From IMG/VR virus record IMGVR_UViG_3300015190_000004, positions 1 through 43,558 of that record: 43,558 bases of DNA; one strand, given 5' to 3'. A model generated the notes under the pieces. The model saw only the letters and a program-made list of their open reading frames with translations. It did no database searches and was not told the origin of the DNA. Position numbers and translations under genes: made by a program. Position 1 is the first letter of the stretch, and the number at the start of each line of letters is the position of its first letter. The stretch is from a virus. Lineage: Duplodnaviria; Caudoviricetes. Below are positions 1 through 6,765 of the stretch, in pieces.

Positions 1-121
1 CGCACGGGACGCCGCATGGGCCGCCGCAGGGGCCGCCGCACGGGCCGCCGCATGGGCCGCCGCACGGGCCGCCGCATGGGCCGCCGCATGGGACGCCGCA
101 TGGGACGCCGCAGGGGACGCC
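1..121 (+). repeat. 12-bp coding tandem repeat GCCGCA(T/C/G)GGG(C/A)C, continued from 43473-43558
   Basis: 9 full units at 11-118 plus the junction unit. Confidence 0.95.
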
Positions 122-199
122 CTTCGTCCTACGGCCGAAGGGCTCCAGACATCGGCCTTTGATCTTCTCGACCGGCTCATCGCCGTTGGTGCCAAGTGA
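1..199 (+). CDS. 3' part of AA(W/R/G)(A/D) repeat protein (gene starts at 43035 and crosses the window junction)
   Basis: Frame from nt 2 reads ARDAAWAAAG...DALRPTAEGLQTSAFDLLDRLIAVGAK*, TGA 197-199 overlapping GTG 196 of the next gene. Confidence 0.85.
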   Translation, partial: ARDAAWAAAGAAARAAAWAAARAAAWAAAWDAAWDAAGDALRPTAEGLQTSAFDLLDRLIAVGAK

Positions 200-618
200 C
201 CCGCCCCGTTCCGCCGCTGCTCACCAGCCACGCCCAGGACCGAGCGACGGTGCAGATCGGCGGGGTGGCGTGGCAGAAGGTGGCGTGGGACTGGGACCGG
301 GCCATTCCCGGCGGGTTCATCGTCGAGGTGTGGACCACCGACGACGGCGAGGTCGGGATGACGACGATGACGGTCAAGCCCCGGGGCGCCAAGTCCGAGA
401 TCGTCATGCATCGGCTGTTGGCTTCGGAGTGCTCGTCGGTTGAGCCGTGCAGCTCGTTCCGGTGCTGGGTGGCGGTGCGCAAGATCGACGCCTACCTCGG
501 CCAGCGGGCCGGCGGTGACGCCAGCGGTCCCCCGTACAACGACTTCGAGAAGCGAGTGGATAGCTGGCGCCGTGCCCTCCTGCACGCCGCCATCCCGACA
601 ACGAAAGAGGCGGCATAG
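196..618 (+). CDS. Hypothetical protein
   Basis: GTGA-coupled to upstream gene, GC3-rich codons. Confidence 0.7.
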   Translation: MTRPVPPLLTSHAQDRATVQIGGVAWQKVAWDWDRAIPGGFIVEVWTTDDGEVGMTTMTVKPRGAKSEIVMHRLLASECSSVEPCSSFRCWVAVRKIDAYLGQRAGGDASGPPYNDFEKRVDSWRRALLHAAIPTTKEAA

Positions 619-930
619 ATGGGCACGACGAGCGACCGCAACGACCCGCGCCTTACTCACGGCGCCGACGACGAACCAACAGGGATGGCGCCGGTCTACT
701 TGGTCCTCTCCGACGAGGAACGTGCCAAGGGATTCGTCCGGCCGGTGCGTCGGTCCTACGTCCACGAAAAGTGCGGCGGAGCAACCCGGATGGGCGAAGC
801 CATCGCCGAGACGTACGCCCGTCAGCCTCACTTCTACGGCGCCACCTACTGCGTCCACTGCGGGATGCACCGCCCGGTCGGCGCTGACGGTGAGTTCGTC
901 TGGGACGACGGATCGAAGGTGGGCACATGA
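619..930 (+). CDS. Small putative Zn-binding phage protein
   Basis: RBS GAGG; HxxC and CxxC motifs (HEKC, CVHC). Confidence 0.8.
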   Translation: MGTTSDRNDPRLTHGADDEPTGMAPVYLVLSDEERAKGFVRPVRRSYVHEKCGGATRMGEAIAETYARQPHFYGATYCVHCGMHRPVGADGEFVWDDGSKVGT

Positions 931-1211
931 GGTCGCTCGGCGATGGCGGGCTGGACCTTCCCTTTGATGGCCAAGACCCGACCGAACTGACCGATGGGTT
1001 CCTCCTGTCCGGTGGCGTCGTCGTCATGGCGGCCCTCGTCCCGGTTGACGGCAAGGACGAACCCGCTTTGGTGTTTCGCTTCGCTCGTCCTGACGGCGAG
1101 TTCTATCCGCCGGTCCTCCTGGTGGTGTCGGACGAGCAGATGAGCGGCCTGATCCCGCTGGTCACGAAGGCGGTACGGGCAGCGGTTGTGCATGCGAGGA
1201 AGACCGCATGA
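927..1211 (+). CDS. Hypothetical protein
   Basis: ATGA overlaps at both ends. Confidence 0.7.
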   Translation: MRSLGDGGLDLPFDGQDPTELTDGFLLSGGVVVMAALVPVDGKDEPALVFRFARPDGEFYPPVLLVVSDEQMSGLIPLVTKAVRAAVVHARKTA

Positions 1212-1354
1212 CCCGCCAGGACAGTCCGGTGGAGTGGGGCGACGACGTGCGCCGGCCGTTTGTCGACGCCCTGCCGGCGGTGTTCTGGATGCTGACGTGG
1301 ATGCTGTTCGTCGCCCTCGTCGTCTACGCCGCCATGCAGCGAGGCGGGCGATGA
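1208..1354 (+). CDS. Small single-pass membrane protein (48 aa; not in ORF track)
   Basis: MTRQDSPVEWGDDVRRPFVDALPAVFWMLTWMLFVALVVYAAMQRGGR*; ATGA-coupled both sides. Confidence 0.7.
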   Translation: MTRQDSPVEWGDDVRRPFVDALPAVFWMLTWMLFVALVVYAAMQRGGR

Positions 1355-1884
1355 AGATCATCGGGCTCGACCTGAGCCTCACCGCCACCGGCATGGTCAA
1401 CGCCGAGGGCGAGGCGTTCACCATCAAGAACAACGCCACCGGCATGGCTCGACTCATCAAGATTCGGGACCGCATCCTGTACGAAGCCGATGCAGCCCTG
1501 CCCGCTGACCTCGTGGTGATCGAGGGCTACAGCATGGGCGGCCAGCGGGGCTCGGCCGGTATCGGCCAAGCCCTCGGCGAACTGGGCGGCGTGGTGCGGG
1601 TGGCGCTGTGGGAAGCGGGCGTGCCCTACGTGGACGTGTCTCCATCGAGCCTCAAGAAGTACGCCACCGGCAAGGGCAACGCCGGGAAAGAGGCGGTGCT
1701 GATCGCCGCCATCCGCAAGGGCGCTGACGTGGAGGACAACAACGCCGCCGACGCCTGGTGGCTGCGGGCCATGGCCTTCGACACCTACGGCGAGCCGCTG
1801 GTGAAGATGCCGCAGGTCAACCGCTCCGCACTCGACGCCGTGAAGTGGCCCCAACCGCTCGCCGTCTACGGCGGTGCGGCGTGA
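1351..1884 (+). CDS. ruvC: RuvC-like Holliday junction resolvase
   Basis: IIGLDLSLTATG, VVIEG, LGELGG, LKKYATGKGNAGKE, NAADA motifs; start at ATG 1351 rather than 1186. Confidence 0.88.
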   Translation: MKIIGLDLSLTATGMVNAEGEAFTIKNNATGMARLIKIRDRILYEADAALPADLVVIEGYSMGGQRGSAGIGQALGELGGVVRVALWEAGVPYVDVSPSSLKKYATGKGNAGKEAVLIAAIRKGADVEDNNAADAWWLRAMAFDTYGEPLVKMPQVNRSALDAVKWPQPLAVYGGAA

Positions 1885-2213
1885 GCACGGACCCCAACCC
1901 CACGCCGCTGCCCGAGGCCGAGCGCCAGCGGTACATCGCCCAGGCGGCCGAGTTGGGCGCCGAGATCGAGCGGCTGCGCAAGCAGGTCGGCGAGCTTCAG
2001 GGAATCCTCATCGACAACATCCACGACGTTCGCACCGCTCTGCATGGCTCGTCCTCAGCGCTTCCCTGCTCGCCGAGAGAAGCACACAAGCTGACAGTCC
2101 AAGAGGTCGAGCGGCTGCGCAAGCGCAGCGACGAACTCCAGACCCTCGCCGTGGAGGCCACCGTGAAGTACGGCAAGAGCGTCCTCGACAAGAGCTACCG
2201 GGTGGATTTGTGA
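1881..2213 (+). CDS. Hypothetical coiled-coil protein
   Basis: GTGA-coupled; two ERLRK helical repeats. Confidence 0.7.
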   Translation: MSTDPNPTPLPEAERQRYIAQAAELGAEIERLRKQVGELQGILIDNIHDVRTALHGSSSALPCSPREAHKLTVQEVERLRKRSDELQTLAVEATVKYGKSVLDKSYRVDL

Positions 2214-2815
2214 CCCGCATCCGACACGCTCTCGCCGGCTGCGCCGCTCTGGCCGCAAGCTGCACTCCCGCACCGTCCCACGCTGTTCGTGGGCGGTCGG
2301 CACACGATCCCTCCGTTGCTGGCGTGGCGGAGGAGGCCGGCGTCGGCGTCGAGGCGGAGCGTCCACCTCCTGTCTCCGCCGGCCCGGCCAGCTCGACTTC
2401 GACCGTCGTGGGTCAGGCAACGGAGCCCACGACGGTCGAACCAACCACGGTGGCGCCGACGACGGTGGTCCACGTCACAACGACATCGAAGCCGATTGTC
2501 GTCACACCGACCACGACCATCACCGTGCCGTTGCCCGAGGCCAAGGGGGCAGAGGTCGGCGACGTGGAGTGGCTGGTGCGCCAGACGTTCCCCGAAGACC
2601 CCGACCGAGCCGTGCGCATCGCCAAGCGGGAGAGCGGGCTGCAACCGGGCGCTTCGAACGGTCAATACGCAGGAATCATGCAGATCGGCACAACGACGCA
2701 CGCCGCCCTCATCGCCTCGATGGGCTATTCGGCAGCGGACATGTACCACGCCGCCCCCAACCTGGCCGTGGCCCGTCGCCTGTTCGACGCCGCTGGGTGG
2801 TCACCGTGGGCGTAA
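2210..2815 (+). CDS. Secreted/lipoprotein with Thr-rich linker and C-terminal lytic transglycosylase (SLT/Rpf-like) domain
   Basis: Signal-like N-terminus with LAASC; IAKRESG, GIMQI, NLAVARRLF...GWSPW. Confidence 0.75.
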   Translation: MTRIRHALAGCAALAASCTPAPSHAVRGRSAHDPSVAGVAEEAGVGVEAERPPPVSAGPASSTSTVVGQATEPTTVEPTTVAPTTVVHVTTTSKPIVVTPTTTITVPLPEAKGAEVGDVEWLVRQTFPEDPDRAVRIAKRESGLQPGASNGQYAGIMQIGTTTHAALIASMGYSAADMYHAAPNLAVARRLFDAAGWSPWA

Positions 2816-2817
2816 CC

Positions 2818-3033
2818 GTGAGACTTCCCAAGGGCGCCGAGTGCCAGTGCATGGAAGCGACATGCGGCCTGTTCTTCACCGGAGAATCGGCGTTCAAGAA
2901 GCACTGGACGAGGGCCGGCCACGTCCACCCCCGGGAAATCGGCATGGTGGAGCGCACACGGAAGTCTGGTCCCGTCTGGGGACTGCCCGGTGAGAATCCC
3001 CGCTTCTCCGATGCTGCGGCGGTGTGGCGATGA
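2818..3033 (+). CDS. Small Cys/His Zn-finger protein
   Basis: CQCxxxxCGLFFTGESAFKKH...H pattern. Confidence 0.7.
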   Translation: MRLPKGAECQCMEATCGLFFTGESAFKKHWTRAGHVHPREIGMVERTRKSGPVWGLPGENPRFSDAAAVWR

Positions 3034-3218
3034 ACCCCGCCGAAGCCAGCGCCAGGGCTGACGCCGAGCGGCGGGGCACCGTCGTGGGCAGTGCCGAGGA
3101 CGTGACGGAGGACTACCTCCTGGCGGCGACGGCGGGCGACGACGAGTGCGCCGGGGCGTGGCCGCTGGGCGAGACGCCGCGCCCGCCGCTGTGGGGCACC
3201 GACGAGGGGGGCGTGTAG
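3030..3218 (+). CDS. Hypothetical acidic protein
   Basis: Coupled start and stop. Confidence 0.55.
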   Translation: MNPAEASARADAERRGTVVGSAEDVTEDYLLAATAGDDECAGAWPLGETPRPPLWGTDEGGV

Positions 3219-3448
3219 TGACCCTCACCGAGTTCGTTCACTGGGTGGCGCCGTTCGAGCGCTTGTTCGCCAAGGAGCGCAAGCGGCGGGCCAGGGCCGA
3301 GGCGCTGGTGGCGCAACTGCGGCTGGAGCTGGCCGTCGAGCGAGCGTCGCTGCGGGGCGCTACGGCGCTGTTGGCTCTCGCTCGTCAGCAGGCTGAGCGG
3401 TCCCGGGACGTGGCCGTGGCCTGCATGGGCGATTGGGGCGAGGGATGA
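3218..3448 (+). CDS. Hypothetical coiled-coil protein
   Basis: TAGTG overlap, RBS GAGGGGG, ATGA overlap with helicase. Confidence 0.6.
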   Translation: MTLTEFVHWVAPFERLFAKERKRRARAEALVAQLRLELAVERASLRGATALLALARQQAERSRDVAVACMGDWGEG

Positions 3449-4806
3449 GCGACTACGCCGAGTTCCTGGCCGGTAAGACCCAGGACGACACCGAGTACGG
3501 GTTCGACCCGACGTGGGTGCCCGAGTTCCTGTTCGAGTTCCAGGCCGACATGGTGCGCTGGGCCACCCGCAAGGGCCACGCCGCCCTATTTGAAGATTGT
3601 GGGTTGGGCAAGACTCCGCAGCAGCTCGTGTGGGCCGAGAACGTCTACCGCAAGACGGGGCGGCCGGTGCTGCTGGTGGCCCCGCTGGCCGTGACGTTCC
3701 AGACGTTGGGCGAGGCCGAGAAGTTCGGCGTGGACGCCGCCGTGTCCCGCAACGGGCAGATGACGGCCGGCGTGACCATCACGAACTACGACCGGCTGCA
3801 CCTGTTCGACCCGGCCGACGTGTCGGGGATGGTGGCCGACGAGTCGAGCGCCATCAAGTCCTTCGACTCCGAGCGCAAGGCCATCGTCACCCAGTTCATG
3901 CGCAAGCTCCCCTACCGCCTGCTCTGCACCGCCACGGCGGCGCCGAACGACTACATGGAGCTGGGCACGTCGTCGGAGGCCCTGGGCTACCTCGGCTACC
4001 AGGACATGCTCTCCCGTTGGTTCGTCAACGACCAGCACAGCAGTAAGGCGGTCCGAGGGTGGACCGGTTCGGAGTGGCGGTTCAAGGGCCACGCCGAGAT
4101 GCCGTTCTGGCGGTGGGTGGCGTCGTGGGCTCGGGCCATGCGCAAGCCGTCCGACCTCGGGTACTCCGACGACGGGTTCAGCCGGCCGCCGGTCAACTAC
4201 CGCCAGCACGTCGTCAGCGCCCGCCGACCGCCCGAGGACCGGCTGTTCGATGTTCCCGCCGCCCGGCTGTTCGAGGAGCGGGAGGAATCACGCCGGACCC
4301 TGGTCGAGCGGTGCGAGAAGGCGGCTGAGGTCCTCGCCGACGCCCCCAGCGCCGTGGCGTGGTGCCAGCTCAACGACGAGGGCGACCTGCTGACCAAGCT
4401 GATCCCGGGATCGGTACAGGTGAAGGGCTCGGACAGCGCCGAGCAGAAGGAGGAATCCCTGCTGGCGTTCAGCGGTGGGGACATCCCCGTGCTGGTGACC
4501 AAGCCCGCGATCGGAGCCTGGGGCATGAACTGGCAGCACTGCCACCGCACCACCTACTTCCCCAGCCACAGCTACGAGCAGTTCTACCAATCAGTTCGAC
4601 GCTTCGACCGATTCGGCCAGCAGCACGAAGTGGTCGTGGACGTCATCACGACCGAGGGCGGGCGCAAGGCCCTGTCCAACCTCCAACGCAAGTCCGTCCA
4701 GGCCGACCGCATGTACGACGCCCTGGTGGCGCACATGGCGAACGCCCAGGCCGTGACCCGCTCCGAGTCATACGACCGAGAAGTGAAGGTGCCCGCATGG
4801 CTTTGA
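3445..4806 (+). CDS. SF2 (SNF2-like) helicase
   Basis: Walker A DCGLGKT, ADESS Walker B, TATAAPN motif III, QSVRRFDRFGQ motif VI. Confidence 0.9.
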   Translation: MSDYAEFLAGKTQDDTEYGFDPTWVPEFLFEFQADMVRWATRKGHAALFEDCGLGKTPQQLVWAENVYRKTGRPVLLVAPLAVTFQTLGEAEKFGVDAAVSRNGQMTAGVTITNYDRLHLFDPADVSGMVADESSAIKSFDSERKAIVTQFMRKLPYRLLCTATAAPNDYMELGTSSEALGYLGYQDMLSRWFVNDQHSSKAVRGWTGSEWRFKGHAEMPFWRWVASWARAMRKPSDLGYSDDGFSRPPVNYRQHVVSARRPPEDRLFDVPAARLFEEREESRRTLVERCEKAAEVLADAPSAVAWCQLNDEGDLLTKLIPGSVQVKGSDSAEQKEESLLAFSGGDIPVLVTKPAIGAWGMNWQHCHRTTYFPSHSYEQFYQSVRRFDRFGQQHEVVVDVITTEGGRKALSNLQRKSVQADRMYDALVAHMANAQAVTRSESYDREVKVPAWL

Positions 4807-5123
4807 AGGGCTACAAACAAACCCCCGAACACATTGCGAAGCGGATCCGAAAGGGAGAGGAACATCCGAACTGGGTCGGTGATCAAGTGTCCGAGAAGGG
4901 CGGCAGGACCAGAGCACTGCGCATCTTCCCTGCTGGCCCTTGTGAATCATGCGGCGCCACCCAGTCGGAGAGACACCACGTCGATGGGAACACCGGCAAT
5001 AACCACCCGTCGAATGTAAAACGGCTCTGCCGGCGGTGCCACATGACTGCCGATGGTCGTCTCGCCACCTTCCGCACGCTTGCCCGCAATCGAGGAGAGG
5101 ACGGAAGGTATGCCGGTATTTGA
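4797..5123 (+). CDS. Free-standing HNH endonuclease with N-terminal NUMOD3-like motif
   Basis: GYKQTPEHIAKR...GEEHPNW; CESC...HHVDGNTGNNHPSNVKRLCRRCH; lower GC than neighbours; overlaps both flanking genes. Confidence 0.85.
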   Translation: MALKGYKQTPEHIAKRIRKGEEHPNWVGDQVSEKGGRTRALRIFPAGPCESCGATQSERHHVDGNTGNNHPSNVKRLCRRCHMTADGRLATFRTLARNRGEDGRYAGI

Positions 5124-6093
5124 TTCATGCGTGACAGACAACTACGCCCTATATGGGGGCGATTGCATGGAAGTGCTCCCCGAGCTTCCTGACGGGTCGG
5201 TCCACATGTCGATCTACTCGCCGCCGTTCGCTACCGAGGGCGGCGGGGCGCTGTATCACTACAGCTCCAGCGAGCGTGATCTGTCGAACACCGACAGCTA
5301 CGAGCAGTTCTTCGAGCAGTACCGGTTCATCCTCACCGAGCTCACCCGGGTGACCATGCCCGGCCGCATGTCCTACGTCCACTGCATGGACGTGCCCACC
5401 GGCAACAGTGGCGGCGACGCTCTGGCCGACTTCCCCGGCGACCTCATCCGGGCGCACCGCCGGCTCGGCTGGTCGTACTGCGCCCGGTACCACGTCTGGA
5501 AAGAGCCGCTGGCCGTGCGCAACCGCACCATGAAGAAGGACCTGGCCCACCGCACGCTGGTCGAGGACTCCACCCGTTGCACGGTGGCATCGGCCGACTA
5601 CCTGCTGTGCTTCCGGCGCCAGGGCGAGAATCCGGTGCCGGTCGAGCACCCCGTCGGCCTGCTCAACTACGCCGGGTCGAGGGTGGTGCCGGCCGAGCTC
5701 CACCGCTTCCGAGGGTGGACCGGCAAGCAGACGGAGAACCGCTACTCGCACTGGATTTGGAGGCAGTACGCCTCGGCGTTCTGGGACGACGTGCGCATCG
5801 ACCGGGTGCTGCCCTTCCGTGAGGCCCGGGCCGAGGAGGACGAGAAGCACTGCCACCCGCTGCAGCTCGACATCATCGAGCGGGCGTTGGTGCTCGGCTC
5901 CAACCCGGGCGAGACGGTGTTCACACCGTTCATGGGCGTGGGCAGCGAGGTCTACGGCGCCGTGTCGGCCGGACGCCGGGGCGGGGGCGTTGAGTTGAAG
6001 CCGACCTACTACCGCCAGGCGGTGGCGAACGTGCAGTCCATCGGGTCGCCGGAGGCCGACCTGCCGTCACTGTTCGACTCGGCGGGTGCGTGA
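5110..6093 (+). CDS. Beta-class amino (N4-C/N6-A) DNA methyltransferase, orphan
   Basis: GDC, SPPF catalytic motif N-terminal, HCHP, PFMGVGS SAM-binding motif C-terminal. Confidence 0.9.
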   Translation: MPVFDSCVTDNYALYGGDCMEVLPELPDGSVHMSIYSPPFATEGGGALYHYSSSERDLSNTDSYEQFFEQYRFILTELTRVTMPGRMSYVHCMDVPTGNSGGDALADFPGDLIRAHRRLGWSYCARYHVWKEPLAVRNRTMKKDLAHRTLVEDSTRCTVASADYLLCFRRQGENPVPVEHPVGLLNYAGSRVVPAELHRFRGWTGKQTENRYSHWIWRQYASAFWDDVRIDRVLPFREARAEEDEKHCHPLQLDIIERALVLGSNPGETVFTPFMGVGSEVYGAVSAGRRGGGVELKPTYYRQAVANVQSIGSPEADLPSLFDSAGA

Positions 6094-6438
6094 CCGGCGA
6101 GCGTGGGAGCCACCTGCACAGCCCGAGGGTGGCGAGGGCCGAGGCGGCTGACAGTGCGTGGAGGGCCGAGGCCGCTTGTCGGGGCATGGAGACGGCGATC
6201 TTCTTCCCGACCCGGGCGTCGGGCGTCGGCACGGGGAACGACACCACGGCCGATGCCAAGGCTGTGTGCGAGACGTGCCCGGACTGGGTGCGGGAGGCGT
6301 GCCTGCGCTACGCCCTCGAGGCCGGCGAGGGCGTGCCTGCGCTACGCCCTCGAGGCCGGCGAGGCGTTCGGCGTCTTCGGTGGGTACGCCGAGAACCAGC
6401 GCAAGCGGATGCGGGCGACGAGGCGGCGGGCGTCGTGA
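6090..6438 (+). pseudogene. whiB: WhiB-family transcription factor frameshifted by a 34-bp tandem duplication
   Basis: WRAEAACRG...FFP...AKAVCETCP...EACLRYAL then GVFGG...QRKRMR in the +1 frame; removing one repeat copy gives a 104-aa WhiB. Confidence 0.85.
6296..6363 (+). repeat. Exact 34-bp tandem duplication GGCGTGCCTGCGCTACGCCCTCGAGGCCGGCGAG x2
   Basis: Copies at 6296-6329 and 6330-6363. Confidence 0.95.
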
Positions 6439-6644
6439 GCCGAGCCAAGTACCCGCTGGAGGCTGTGTGCCCGCTGTGCGGGCCGCACTACGGCGAGCGT
6501 GGGCATTGGGAGCCCGTGTGCCCGACGTGTCACCTGGATGCCGGCGAGGTGCGCTACCGGGCGCTGATTCTGGAGATCGGCGGCGCTGAGGTCTACCGGC
6601 GTGAGTACCGGGCGGCGCAGGCCACGGCCGAGGGCGCTGCGTGA
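6435..6644 (+). CDS. Small Zn-ribbon protein (currently in frame with the WhiB N-terminus)
   Basis: GTG overlapping WhiB stop; CPLC...CPTC. Confidence 0.65.
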   Translation: MSRAKYPLEAVCPLCGPHYGERGHWEPVCPTCHLDAGEVRYRALILEIGGAEVYRREYRAAQATAEGAA

Positions 6645-6763
6645 GGCGGCGGTTCGCCAGCTGGCGGGTGCGACGCCTGTACCGGCGGAGCCAGATCATC
6701 GAGCGCCACCTGCGGGCCGCCTACGACCGCCTGGTCGATGCCGAGAGCGATTGGCGATCCTGA
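6641..6763 (+). CDS. Small basic hypothetical protein (40 aa)
   Basis: MRRRFASWRVRRLYRRSQIIERHLRAAYDRLVDAESDWRS*; GTGA-coupled; fills the gap to the primase start. Confidence 0.55.
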   Translation: MRRRFASWRVRRLYRRSQIIERHLRAAYDRLVDAESDWRS

Positions 6764-6765
6764 AG

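Noticed and set aside
1-121. Terminal repeats as a CRISPR array or as terminal direct repeats
   Set aside because: Units are contiguous 12-mers with no spacers and lie in frame within a gene; the ends are an assembly break in a minisatellite
4797-6093. HNH + methyltransferase as a restriction-modification system
   Set aside because: The HNH has a NUMOD3-like homing architecture and foreign composition, and helicase-MTase pairs are common in phages without it
196-6644. C-terminal 'AA' degradation tags on many early proteins
   Set aside because: Explained by the overlapping RBS/start pattern GGxGGCGGC(A/G)TGA of coupled genes; only the uncoupled repressor tail was kept
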